A DNA stretch of 49,288 nt from Octopus bimaculoides (lineage: Eukaryota). The notes under the pieces are model-generated. The model had not been told where the DNA came from. It did not search any database and worked only from the letters and a program-made list of their open reading frames with translations. How positions within the stretch are numbered: position 1 is the stretch's first letter; every line of letters begins with the position of its first letter. The translations under genes were made by a program, and so were the position numbers. This document shows, piece by piece, positions 34,285-47,110 of the stretch. The stretch spans positions 88,654,757 through 88,704,044 of the forward strand of contig NC_068984.1 in NCBI RefSeq assembly GCF_001194135.2. Reading direction: 5' to 3'.

Positions 34285-35290
34285 TTCACATATTGATACA
34301 TATATACATACATATACACATACACGGCATATACATAAAAGTACATACGTACGTACATTCATAAATGCATACAGAAACACACGCACATACGTATACACAG
34401 AAAACAATTGGATAAATTTGATATTTGGAAAAGTAATTCTTGGGCCTGAAAATTTCGAAATTATCGGAGAATGGTTCCACACAAAGCATTTAAATATTTC
34501 CTCATGGTTTACCAGAGGCTCGACGTCACCTTGGAAAATGCAGAGGGACTGGCACAGGACCGCAAGCGACGGAGTTCACTGGTGGATCTGTTGGCTCTAC
34601 GCATGATGACGCCTCTGGAACCACTAACCTGGGATGACCCCAGCCTCATCAAGCAAGAGCATGAAGCGAGCAAGCATGGTTTACCTAAATATTTCGCTTT
34701 TACATGAATTTGACTACACAGATCTTCAAGTTATCTCAACACTTAAGGCATAGAAACGTTCGTTGGCTGTAGTTCGTTGTGATGAGCGTGGCTTTAAGAG
34801 ATTGTAGAAAATGCATAAGACTTTAACTTGGGTTTTTATGGGTCTTTTCTATTGACACCCACCAAATGACCTGAAGAATTATAGGTTTAATCTGTTTCAT
34901 GGTGAGAATTTATAAACAAAGGTGCATTGCACAAACAATCTGCTATTTCATAATATGGAAATGTATCAAGGAACAAAGAAAACGAAAAGAAACAATAACA
35001 ACATTAAATAACTGTTGGTTGGGAGGTTGGTAGGTGTTGAACGGAGGTGGGTACATGAAATTTAGAGATAGCAAAATACACAAAACAGGAATACAGGAAG
35101 TTAACTCTGAAACTTGAAGCCATCTCTTTCCTCACTGGGAAACTATACAAAAAATAATTTTGTTTTTATATTTATATTTTTAGCTCGTTTGCATTCCTTC
35201 GGGTTGTGTTATGTTGTATGTTCTTTGTGTGTGTTGTGTTGTACGTTTTGTGTATGTGCGTGTGTGTGCGTGTGTGCGTGCATGTGTGTG

Positions 35291-35350
<60 letters not shown>

Positions 35351-35518
35351 TGTGTGTGTATTTGTTTTTATCAGTATCTGTAATTGGTTGTTGTGTTGTT
35401 TTCTGTGAATACGTATGTGCGTGTGTTTTTGTATGCATTTATGAATGTACTTACGTATGTACTCTTATGTATATGCTGTCTATGTGTATATATATGTATA
35501 TATGTATCCATATATGAA
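34285..35518. repeat. Inverted repeat pair of about 122 bp (34285-34407 and 35396-35518)
   Basis: Arms align by eye with scattered substitutions, e.g. CATTCATAAATGCATACA..ACACACGCACATACGTA..CACAGAAAACAA. Confidence 0.9.
34500..34680 (+). mobile_element. RTE-clade LINE 3' fragment
   Basis: LDVTLENAEGLAQDRKRRSSLV resembles the RTE C-terminal A..LAQDR..WR.LV motif. Confidence 0.6.
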
Positions 35519-36304
35519 AACATGTATATGCTTGTTGTAAGTATATTTTTGTTTTTGTCTGGATGTATGTTTATACGTGTGTGTATACACAAACACATAC
35601 ACGTATATGTAACTATGTATATGTATGTGTGTATATGTGTGTGTACACGAACACACCTACACACATACATGCATACCACGCACACACACACTCGTACATA
35701 CTCGTACACACATCCGTGCGTGCTTGACTGTTATATGAAGGTAATGTGTAATGCACAGCCGGTGGGTGGGTGGTTGGTGCGAGGCTAGTAGGTGGGTGTC
35801 TCCCAGTTGCGGGGTGACGGGAGTGAAGAGGGGAGTGTTGGCGTTGTTGGTGGTGATAGTGGCGGTGACGAGAGTGGAGGGTGGGGCGGTGATGAATGAG
35901 ATCTTCAGCGTACCAGTTGAAATGGTAATTGTTATCAGGGTTATTTATTTATCCTCGCTGAAGAGCTACTTGGCTATCGATAACACTCGTCCTGAAACAT
36001 GTACGCGCTATTCACCACCGAAATATACTTAGCAGTGGTGATGTGGTTGTGGTTAGAGTGGGAATATTGGAGTGGGTGGAGGTCGTGCAGCTCCATACCC
36101 CCGTCATGTCTTCAATGTAGCAGTCACTAAAAACTAAATAACCTGCTTCCATACATTCTCAGGTATTTCCCCCACTCCAAATTGTTATATAACCTTTCGG
36201 ACTGCTTTTATTTCCAAAACGGTTGTCCACTTCTAGGTTTTCAGGAACTTGGGAATAGAGGTCGGGAAAAAGAAAATATGGTTTAACCTTTCCCTGTATA
36301 TTGG

Positions 36305-36890
36305 CTTCAAATTTTGGCACAAGGCCAGCAATTTCGGGTGAGACGGCTAGTCGAATATATCGACCCCATATATTCAACTGGTACATATATTATCGACTTC
36401 GACAGGATAAGTGGCAAAGTCGACCTCGGTAGAATTTGAATTCAGAACATAAAGACGGACGAAACGATGCTATGCATTTTGCCCGGCATGCTAACGATTC
36501 TGCCAGCTGGCAGCCTTTCCTTTCCCCTCTATATTCCTTTCAGCTCTTGGCACAAGGCCTGAAAATTTTGCGAAGGGGCTAGCCGATTACGTCAACCTCA
36601 GTACTCAGCCGATTACATCAGTGCTCAGCCGATTACATCAACCTCAGTGCTTTGCTTAAAGGATAAAAGACAAAGTCGACCTCGGTGGAATTTGAACTCA
36701 GAACGTAAAAACGGACGAAACGGCACTAAGCATTTTGCTCGCCTTGCTAATGATTCTGCCAGCTCGTCACTTATCCATTCCCTGTATATTGTTTTCTACT
36801 CTAGACACAAGGCCCGAAATTTTGGGGAAGGGGGCCAGTCGATTAGATCGACCCCAGTACGCAATTGGTGCTTAATTTATCTATCCTTTA
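36305..36890 (-). mobile_element. Cluster of three SINE family 3 copies
   Basis: Repeated GGCACAAGGCC..CGATTACATC..GTCGACCTCGG..GAATTTGAACTCAG..CTGCCAGCT. A small triplication of CAGCCGATTACATCA lies near 36581-36645. Confidence 0.85.
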
Positions 36891-37414
36891 CCTATATATT
36901 AATGGTGTTTTTTTCTGCCCTGGGAGAAAACGTAAAATAAATATGATTTGTAGCTAGAAGTATGAGACACCAACCACAACCACTTCGTCTTGTTCCCTCC
37001 AGAGTTACATAAAAGAATAAATACCTGATATATGTTGGGCTTGCTATTATGTGCTAGTGCGAAAATGATTTTTTATATAGGCTCAATGCCTAAGACTGTT
37101 TTACTTAGGGAGATGGAGAAGGAGTTAGTTTGTTATATCAACTCCAGTATTTGATTAGTTCTTTATTTTATCAACCCTAGAAGATTGAAAAGCAAAACGA
37201 CCTTAGCTCGGTTTGAATTCCCATCATAACGGGTCGTAACTAAATACTGCCGAGCATACTGCACCGCCTGGCTCTGTATTATTTCTGTCATTCATCACCA
37301 TCGGCACAACTGGCAAAGCATTGAAAGGAAGGTGGATGTCATCTAGCCAACTAAAGACAATGCAATACGTACAATACCGTTTTTGTACTCCGGAAGATCT
37401 TATACAACGTCATA

Positions 37415-37650
37415 ATCATCATTATCATCTTTAGCGTCCACTTTTTCATGCTTGCATGGAACAGCCAGAATTTGTGGAGGTGAGTTTTCTCCAGCGGGAT
37501 GGATTTCCTATTGCTGACCATCACCTGTTTCCAAGCAAGGGAATATTTTCTTATCATCAAATCAGACATGTCTCGAACGATTGGAAGCAAAGGACACCGA
37601 TTGCATGACGGTGACACTCGCTTGCAATTACCACGCGATTTCAAGGCAAG
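37415..37650 (-). mobile_element. Retroposon with RTE-type (GAT)n tail
   Basis: CATCATTATCATCTTTAGCGTCCACTTTTTCATGCTTGCATGG end is shared with 6571-6680. Confidence 0.55.
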
Positions 37651-37695
37651 GAGACATTAGCATACATGCGCGCATGTATACAAACACGCATGCAT

Positions 37696-37736
<41 letters not shown>

Positions 37737-38284
37737 AAAGAGTTCTTTCAGTTTCTAACTATCAAATCCACTCGCAAGGCCTCTGGTCCGGGGATCTAGA
37801 AGACAAAGGATGAAATACACAACAATAGAAAAATACAAAAATTACAATGCTGAAAGTAAAAACAGGAAAAAAAAAATGTTTCAGAATTACTATTTTTTTA
37901 AATAATGCACTACACTTTTTCTCCACTTTTGAAACACCGACAACCGCCCAACACAGCCATCCGGATGTTTTTAAAGGCGTTTGTTCATTTGTGCATGCCT
38001 GGATGCCTACTGAACCAGCACACGATATCTAGGAACCTTGAATTTGGTCACTCGATATGTTTGGAATAACATTCAAATATTCCTCAAGCGTTGCAACATC
38101 ATACACCCACATTGTCTTCTATTATTTTTCAAAATAATTTCTTGAGATTCTAATTTAGCAAAAAAGGAAAAAAATGTGTTTTAAGATTTTAATCTTATTA
38201 TCTCACTCCCCAACCAATATTTGTGCTTTTCACTCCTTTCGAAAATTCTTGGGAATCTAATGTTGAGAAACAAGTTGATTGCGA

Positions 38285-38655
38285 CTAAAACCTAACTCTA
38301 AACCTTAATCCTAATTATAAACCCTAGCCATAAACCCTAAAAATCATTAACGTTAACTCTAAACCCTAGCCAATAGAACCCAACCTTATATTAACCTTAA
38401 ACCCTTATCTTTAACCTTAAAAAATTAAGTTCTAATCTTAGCCATAACCTTTAATTCTAACGTATAAATCCTAACCCTAAACAACAGCCCTATCCTAATC
38501 CTAAACCCTAAACACTTACCCTAAACTCTAACATTAAACCCATAAATCTTATTTCTGAATTCTAATTCTAACACTAAGCTCTGATCCTCAACCTTAACTC
38601 TATCCTTAACTCTTAATTAATCCTAAACCCTAACGCGAGCCTTAAACCCGAACTC
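38285..38655. repeat. Degenerate telomere-like (TAACCC/TAAACCC)n tract
   Basis: Many diverged CTAACC, TAAACCC and CTAATC units over about 370 bp. Confidence 0.8.
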
Positions 38656-39212
38656 TGGAGGTTGTTCAGTGCGGTTTCTCATTCTATAAGACGAGGTGTG
38701 TGGTTTGAGAGAAAAATGATTGTTATTTTCCATATTTCGAGTGACGATACAGAAACTTTTTTTACGTTGTCAGAAGTCATCCACGCACTCACAAATGAAA
38801 AGTCTAGCTTGAGAACTTCTGGAGCAAAAGTAAGAAAGTAGGTATTTTGAAAATATTGGACGTTTGAATTATTTTTCTCAGAATCGTTATCTACGTATCT
38901 TTATACTCGAATTATAAAAAAGAAATTGCGTTGGTAGACTTTAAATTAACATTTGGAACTGCAATTTCCTGTTGAAGAAACCTGCACAAATGAGTTGTTT
39001 ATAATGATCAGATGTATGTGCTGTACATTAGTGTACTCCCACCACCAAATCGACATTGTTCGTACAGGTGCACAGTGCACCACTTGTCAGGCTTCGACAT
39101 GATGGCAGAGCAAAATGAGATGAAGTGTTTTGCCCTCTCCGTGAGGAAATTGAAACCACGATCTTGCGATTGTGAGTGAAGCACCCTAACCGCTAGGCCA
39201 TAGCTCTCACAC

Positions 39213-39350
39213 GTACGTACGTACGTACGTACGTACGTACGTACGTACGTACGTACCTACCTACCTACCTACATGTACGTACGTATGCGCTTACATACAT
39301 GCATACATGCATACATACATACATACATACATACATACATACATACGTAC
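39213..39350. repeat. Compound (TACG)n-(TACC)n-(TACA)n microsatellite
   Basis: Direct reading. It abuts a partial SINE family 2 copy at about 39050-39205. Confidence 0.95.
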
Positions 39351-40171
39351 ATTAATACATAATCTATTGACTTCAGAAATGTTTTTAAGAAAGGAGAGAT
39401 GAAATATTTTGTCATACCGCTAGATTTCCTCAACTAAAAACTCAGTGTTGATTTTATATTTCTCATACTATTAGTTGACAAATAATGGCTGACAGCTGGG
39501 TTTTCTCGTTCAGCTGAGTCTTTTATTTGAAACATTGACATCCTCTCAATGCAGCTTTCTTTTCACAGTTGCACAGTGCATTGTGCAAGCAGCCCTGTTT
39601 TGTATTGATGGCTGTATTATCATACAGATAATCACATTTGATGTTAAAGCTGTTCATTATCAGCTATTTTTGCTGTTGATGGTCTGCTTTTATATCTTCT
39701 ACTTTTATCGACTCTCATTACAACTGAATATAATTCGAAATCCTTTGAAATCATTCAAAATCTCTTTCATTTTATACATAGATACATACGTACACACGTG
39801 GTGTATACTTTATTTTTGCTTGTTCGTCTGTTGTCAAGGCCAAAAGCTTAACATTTTTGGGTTAATTGCTTCAATCTCCAAAATAGCAAACAATTCTCGC
39901 ATCGCTTTTAGCAGACTCCTTTTACATTGATAAAAAGTGGCTCATATTCTGGTCGTGGTACCCCCAACTGCACAAGGAAAAAAACAAAGCAAAACAAAAA
40001 AAAAGAGACCATAAAGAAAAAGGCAACGAGGATCTTATGCTGTCTATATATATAATTGTTTTAATCATTAGACTAATCGGCCCGCGGTTATAGTAGTAGA
40101 CACTTGCTCAAGGTGACAAGCCGGAACCATGTGATTGGGAAACAATTTACTTATCACATAAACATGCCTGC

Positions 40172-40205
<34 letters not shown>

Positions 40206-40387
40206 NNNNNNNNNNNNNNNNNNNNNNNNNNNNNNNNNNNNNNNNNNNNNNNNNNNNNNNNNNNNNNNNNNNNNNNNNNNNNNNNNNNNNNNNNNNNNNN
40301 NNNNNNNNNNNNNNNNNNNNNNNNTATATATATCTTGCTCGGTCTCTAAAAATTGTTATGTGAAACATGTCGAAATAGACTCTGTCA

Positions 40388-40585
40388 TATTGGTTTCAAA
40401 TTTTGGCACAAGGCCAGCAATTTTAGTGGAGGGGATGAGTCGATTACATCGCCTCCTGTGTTCAACTGGTACTTATTTTATCGATCTCGAAAGAATGAAG
40501 GGCAAATTCGACTCAGAACGTAAAGACAGACGAAATGCCGCTAAGCATTTTGCCCAGCGTGCTAACGATTCTGCCAGCTTGCTGC
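40388..40585 (-). mobile_element. SINE family 3
   Basis: GGCACAAGGCCAGCAATTT..CGATTACATC..GCTAACGATTCTGCCAGC. Confidence 0.85.
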
Positions 40586-41529
40586 CCTATGTTCTGATGT
40601 GATATTAAGACAAAAATGCTAATATCCTTGAAGAAAATGTGGGTGAGATAATTTGCATTTCAGTGATAGTTTGACAACCGTTAAAACTTACTTATATACC
40701 AACACACCAAGGAACTTAAAATATTTATTATTCCAAAATATCTTCATATGTTTAAAACATATACAAACTTACTGCAGTAGATGCTGATACTTGATATACC
40801 TCTTCAAAATCTTTATGAAATGTTTGCCTTAGTTTTACCAAAAATTCTATTTTTCTAAGTTAATACATTTCACTTGGGTAAATTGCGACGAAGCTACACT
40901 TCTGTTGCCTCTTGGTTTGTGAAATGAAAGAAATTAACGATAGTTATGGACTATCATTTTCAACTCTGCATATTTCATACTTCTTCAGTTTTTTTCTTTA
41001 AAGTTCCGTGCTCTAAGTATGACGATGACTATTCATATATGTGCTTCTGAGATATATTACAAAACTCAGTAACCGATCTCTTAGTACTTTATCGATTGGT
41101 AAATGGTTTTTGTTGAAATTACAAGAAACATTGAAGCAACTTCTATGTTCTAATATTTACACTTTCTTTTTTAAATACCAGGGAATATGGGGCAATACTT
41201 TGTGATGAGAGAGAGGGGGTAGGTGAGAGAGAGTATATTGTATCGCATTATGCTGATGTTAGAGACATCAGTTGAGCTGGTTTCAATCGAACAAACATCA
41301 GTAAAATCCTGATTCTAAATAACTAGTTATGGATCTATCTGCATCAGCTACAAATAATCCAAAGTAATTGTGACAGTAATTAAAAATAACTATAAATAAA
41401 CGTTATGTACAAGATATAATTGGTGTAAGAAAAGGGAAGCATCGGTGTCAGTAAAATTTCACTCAAAATTGATTGGTCAATCCGGGGGAATATAGCAGCA
41501 GACACTTAGTTAAAGAACTTTTTATTGGT

Positions 41530-42060
41530 GACAGAAGCAGTATTAATACCGAAAGACAAAATTCATCCCCACTTAAACGTGAATGTTCCGTTGGAACAGA
41601 CTATACTGCAGTAGTTACCACGAGAGAAACTCTCATATTGGCTTTTGGTGCAAAATACACTCTTGTTTATAACACTAGCGAGGCGAAAAATCCCCGCCAC
41701 CACCAGATCAGATAATTTCGACCATCCTTAGTCTTATCAATGATGGACGCTCGATCGCTAGAGATAGCAGCACTCATTTCCCCACCAGAGATGTAAAGAA
41801 AAACAGTGCTAGGACAGGCATTGGTGTCGTGTGCAGCCATCATGAATTCAAAATACTGTTTATTCGTAATGTCGTTAATACTGTGTTTGGTTGAATGATT
41901 CATGACCAGGATTCGACCATCAATGCAACCCACAAAACCCCTTCTTCAATTTCCGTTTAGTCCTGTGATTTACTGTCAAGTTGTTCCCCCCTCTCTCTCT
42001 CTTACCCATATTGCAATAAATATAAGATTTTATCCAAGATACAATACAGTAGATCGACTC
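41530..42060 (-). pseudogene. Possible decayed cadherin-repeat plus transmembrane fragment (protocadherin-like)
   Basis: AIWVREREGG..ITGLNGN*..FVGCIDGRILV..YFEFMMAAHD..STVFLYI follows cadherin-repeat spacing. It is followed by a frameshifted hydrophobic NYLI-VVAG-FFASLVL segment. Pattern match by eye only. Confidence 0.4.
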
Positions 42061-42494
42061 CAGATTTTCTGGCTGAGTGACCTCCAACTTATTAACTCGC
42101 TCTATAAGTTATGGTTCTGAACGTTTTAACAAAACATCATCAATTCAAATGTTTCCTTTAGTTTTATATCGTTTTTCTATCATCTTTTATCTTCTTAGCT
42201 AATACAGGTTACAAATTGTTAATCACTACTTATAGAAATTGCTTTTAAATTAGCTGCGTAGCCCTTCACCTTCTAGAAAAAACCTATATAATGTTTTGAA
42301 ATATAACTAGAATACTGTTCTTTTTATACTGTTGTTGTTTAGACTCCAGGTCAGCACTGATCACGTATGTTCATAATGACTACATTATCGAATGTGTCCT
42401 TCCTTTTTACATTAGGAGTAATTTAGCTGCTATTTCCAGTAGAGTTTGTGAAAGTCATGACTATAATCCCTTATCCCAGATCACATAATTAGAA

Positions 42495-42529
<35 letters not shown>

Positions 42530-42899
42530 GAGTGTGTAGAGGATCCTTCGTTGGATTTTAAATCTTTAATTGCAAAAGGAAAACGTTAGTTTTCAAAAAG
42601 CTTAACAAGAAACAACGGAAAATCTTTTATTCACCTGGATTGACAAAGAATTTTCCAATTTAGTTATTTGTTATGGAGCCATTCCTTTAAGAGACAGTGG
42701 TACTTGATTAAAGAGACGTAGAAATGTATATTAGAATGTGGGTTAGGCAATGCTTTGACTATACAGGTCGTATTTGCAACAGCTCAGAGTCAATTTGATA
42801 TCAGAAAAGTAATTTTGAAGAAACACTTATATAACTTATCTCTTTTCTTGGTGCATCCTTTCATCTCATTATATGAAAACATTTCAAGTTTTATTAAAC

Positions 42900-43880
42900 A
42901 CGTCTGAATGCTATATAAACATATCACTTACTGTACCCGTTACTTACCGGAAACTGGTGCCTTTCACGATATCTCATGCCCGGAAAATACAAGTTAACGG
43001 TCTTTACTCTCACTTCCTCTCTAATACTTTCTGTCAGCGCCATCATAACAAACTTAGCTGGATGGGTAGATCAGGAAGTGTTATTCATCTGTTTTGTGAA
43101 TGTTCTTGGTACTCAACTTCTAATTGCAAGCGTAATTTAACTTATTTCAATTAATACACATTACAATCAAGTAACTGTACAGATGTCTTTTGGATATTAA
43201 TTTGTAAAACACAAGATGCGGACGTCATTCTCATCACTCATACCACAAATATCGATACAGAAATCCAGTATGCACTCAGCATAGATTTGCCGTTTGTCGC
43301 TGAAGTTTTCAAATTGTTTGGAAATTCAACAATTCTATAACATCATCCTCAACAACAAACCTCTCATCCAGATGATGAAATGGTCAGAAATATAACGAAA
43401 ATATCACATAGAATGTCAGTTCATAATTCTTCTATATTTACATTCTCACCAAGAGGTAGAAATTAAACACCCTATAGCAAATCTTTTACCAATAGCTTTC
43501 AAAATCTCACCATTGTTCTACATCTATATCAAGTGATAAACATTTTTTTACCACCCGAAATTGCTGTAAGGAGAACGTCAAGGAGGCAAACCATGCTGTC
43601 TTTCGGTACTTCGAAGGCGTGCAGTCTTAATCTTTACTGAACACAACAGCGGACAATTATCTTTTCATACTCAGTTCTGACGAAACTATTAGGAACCACT
43701 TTTTTTATTTTAATCTTACCACAAGCAAATCACTAGGATCTTTATTCTACCAGCCCAAAACCACTTAATATTTTTATCTGTTAGGTTTGTTAACCTTTTC
43801 GCTTAATAAACATTACTAAATACAGGGCTGTAAACGACGTGGAACTCTGACTTCCCAACAGTATTTCCAAGAACTAGATT
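42900..43880 (-). mobile_element. Decayed Penelope-like RT and thumb remnant
   Basis: In order on the minus strand: VCLLDVLLTAI, NGEILKAIG..AIG, YFRYISDHFIIW (43368-43403, a decayed YIDDIFIIW), ILDFCI, STHP, NGYS. Confidence 0.55.
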
Positions 43881-44013
43881 CTATGACATCGCAAATGTTT
43901 ATGACTAAAAATATTTATTCAGAATCATGAAAACATTCTGATATCTTCAGTGGACTTGTGTGGACTTGTTACTATGAGTCAAGGTGTTTGTTTTGGAGTG
44001 CAGTCAAAGAGTA

Positions 44014-45242
44014 CGAAGGATTACCCAAAAGTAACCGGAAACGTTCTCTGTGGGACAAGTCCGTTGTAATTCAGACTTCCGCCGCTAGAAGCCACTTGAT
44101 TCGACTCTCAAGCATCAGTCTGCCGACCGGCGTTGTCGAGTGAAGTCGTACTGCTACGTGGTGCGTCTTTGTTTTACAGTGCTTCTCCCTGTTCGTCGAT
44201 TTTTGCGATTGATGAAACGAAGGGCTACCGTGTTTCCGTGAAATTCTGTTTTCTGCTGGGAAAAACGGCAGCCGAAACAGTTGTTTCGGCCGCTTCAAAC
44301 AGCTTACAAGGACGTTACCATGAGCAAAACAAAAGTCTACGAGTAGTTTTCACGCTTTAGAAATGGTCACTTGTCGCTTGAGGGCCAACCTCGTTCTGGG
44401 CGACCGTCGACCTCCCGAACGAATGAAAACATCATGAAAATACATGAACTGATTTTGGAGGACCGTCACCGAACAATTGATGAACTTGTTGATATGACTG
44501 ATATGCCCTGGAGTTCCTGCCAACGAATTATGAGCGAGGAATTGCGAATGAAAAGAGTTGCAGCAAAATTTGTGTCTTGCTTGCTCACGGAAGATCAAAA
44601 GCAGTCACGGCTGAATGCGAGTCGTGAAGTGAAAGAACAGTTGGAAGTTGATCCAGACCTTTTTTCGAAGATCATCACTGGTGATGAAAAGTGGTGCTAC
44701 GGTTACGACCGGGAAACGAAGCAACAATCAAGTCAATGGAAGCATTCAATGTCACTACACCCCCAAAAAGTGAAGTCCAATGACAAGACGCTGATTTGTT
44801 TCATTGATGTGAAAGAAATTGTCAACACAGAATTTGTTCCTCCTGGTCAAACTGTTAACCAGACATTTTGCTTGGCAGTTCTGAAGTTTTTGCAAGATGT
44901 GGTGAGACGAAAACGCTCCGACCCGTGGCAAAGTGTCGAGTGGCGAGTGGCTTCATCACGACAATGCGTCTGCGCACACCGCCTTGATTGTGAGACAGTT
45001 TTTGACCAAAAATGATGTGACTCAGCTTACCCACCCTCCCTATTCACTCGATCTTGCTCCCTGCAACTAACTTTTTTTTTGTTCCCCCGTATGGAGAAAG
45101 TGCTTAAAGGAAAACGTTTTGCAGATTTGGAAGAGGTGAAGAAAAAAAAAAAACCACGGAGGCGTTAAAAGGTATCAAATTTCAAAAGTTTCAGCACTGC
45201 TTCAAACAATGGGAAACGTGTCTGGACTGATGTATTGCTTCA
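44014..45242 (+). mobile_element. Near full-length mariner transposase pseudogene, 3' end lost in a gap
   Basis: TA followed by CGAAGGATTACCCAAAAGTAACCGGAA. KFCFLLGKTAAET, PRSGRPSTS, KRVAAKFV, IITGDEKWCYGYD, EFVPPGQTVNQ, HHDNASAH, HPPYSLDLAPCN, KGKRFAD, with frameshifts and stops. Confidence 0.93.
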
Positions 45243-45586
45243 NNNNNNNNNNNNNNNNNNNNNNNNNNNNNNNNNNNNNNNNNNNNNNNNNNNNNNNNNN
45301 NNNNNNNNNNNNNNNNNNNNNNNNNNNNNNNNNNNNNNNNNNNNNNNNNNNNNNNNNNNNNNNNNNNNNNNNNNNNNNNNNNNNNNNNNNNNNNNNNNNN
45401 NNNNNNNNNNNNNNNNNNNNNNNNNNNNNNNNNNNNNNNNNNNNNNNNNNNNNNNNNNNNNNNNNNNNNNNNNNNNNNNNNNNNNNNNNNNNNNNNNNNN
45501 NNNNNNNNNNNNNNNNNNNNNNNNNNNNNNNNNNNNNNNNNNNNNNNNNNNNNNNNNNNNNNNNNNNNNNNNNNNNNNNNNNNNNN

Positions 45587-45648
<62 letters not shown>

Positions 45649-46059
45649 TTGGACTTAGATACAAAAATGGAAACTGTGTTTCTATCGCCTGCCAGTATTA
45701 CACTAAGTAAAATGCATTTGATTTCCAAAATAATTACAAGGGTCTTTTTACTGGATAAGTTTGACAATCTGGTCCCTTCTGATGTTTCGTGAGAAATACA
45801 AGCGATTTAACAACTACTTAACTATCAGCAGATAGGCTATCTCTGTCCGTAGCATGGCCCTTCGGTCAGTGATAGATGCCATTCGAACATCATTTATCTG
45901 AAAGGCCTAAAAACTCAGCATCCACGCCCAACTGGGACACACGTAATAGTAAAAAAAATTATGAGCTTTCTTTCAAGAAGGCTTCAATGGACAAAAACAA
46001 TAACAGCCACAAAAGATGGCTCTAAAGGCGTAGTTCTCGTAGCTAATCATCACCAACAT

Positions 46060-46219
46060 CTCTTACGGTTCTTTACATTCTGAGTTCAAATACAACCGAG
46101 TTCGATTTTGGCTTTTATCCTTTCGGGGTTGATAAAATAAAGTACCGTTAGTACTAGGTAAATGTAATCGACCAGACCTCTCCCAACAAATTTCAGGCCT
46201 TGTGCCTTCAGTAGTAAGG

Positions 46220-46225
<6 letters not shown>
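46060..46225 (+). mobile_element. SINE family 3, 5'-truncated, with (ATT)n tail
   Basis: CTGAGTTCAAAT..TTATCCTTTCGGGGTTGATAAAATAAAGTACC..TTTCAGGCCTTGTGCCT. Confidence 0.75.
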
Positions 46226-46252
<27 letters not shown>

Positions 46253-46745
46253 GTTGTTGTTGTTGTCGCTGTTATAAGGCAGGTAACTAGCACAAGCGAT
46301 AGAGCATCGGAAAAAATACCTTACGTGCCAAAATTTGAGACCATTATGAAGCGTGTATTAAACTTACATTCTCACTGAGAATGATGTTCAATTTTTAATA
46401 ATAGTTCAACTCTTAGAATAGTTGTGAAGAGGAATGTAAATGTGCATATATGAATTTCACACTGGTTGTAGTTATATAAATGATATGAAACAGCTGAAAA
46501 TCGAAACCTAGTCTCATCAGGTGTTGTTCTGTATTTCACAGCACTCGCAATTTGAAAGATCACTAAAACTGTATGATTTTAATTTGTTGCTAATTGATCA
46601 GTCAAAATCAGTGACTAATAAAAAAAAAAGTACATTTTTTACATGTTAAAAGCGTATTATTCAATTTTTTTTTATCTGCATATCTGACGTCAACTCCTTA
46701 TGTTACATAATTTAACGAATTTATTCGTATTGTTTATTAACTTGA

Positions 46746-47110
46746 GTGGAGGCGCAATAGCCCAGTGGTCATAGGATCGCGGTTTCGATTCCCAGACCGG
46801 GCGTTGTGAGTGTTTATTGAGCGAAAACACCGAAAGCTCCACGAGGCTTCGGCAGGGGATGGTGGCGAACCCTGCTGTACTCTTCCACCACAACTTTCTC
46901 TCACTCTTCCTGTTTCTGTTGTGCCTGTAATTCAAGGGGTCAGCCTTGTTATACTGTGTCACGCTGAATATCCCCGAGAACTACGTTAAGAGTACACGTG
47001 TCTGTGGAGTGCTCAGCCACTTACACGTTAATTTGACGAGCAGGCTGTTCCGTTGATCGGATCAACTGGAACCCTCGACGTCGTAAGCGATGGAGTGCCA
47101 ACAACAACAA
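46746..47110 (+). mobile_element. SINE family 2, near full length, with about 20 nt deleted from the head
   Basis: GTGGAGGCGCAATAGCCCAGTGGT|CATAGGATCGCGGTTTCGATTCCC through the (CAA)n tail. Confidence 0.9.

Noticed and set aside
36581-36645. Short repeated CAGCCGATTACATCA units resembling a repeat-spacer array
   Set aside because: Local slippage inside a SINE. There are only three units, no unique spacers, and the context is eukaryotic, so it is not CRISPR.
39535-39930. 131-aa hydrophobic ORF, and a minus-strand Cys-rich string QGCLHNALCNCEKK..GCQCFK
   Set aside because: No recognisable domain on plus. The Cys string might be a transposon C-terminus but is too short to call.
41880-41940. 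VGCIDG as a PIF/Harbinger transposase catalytic motif
   Set aside because: Following residues do not fit IDGTHI..RK..HS.N. The wider context fits a cadherin repeat somewhat better.
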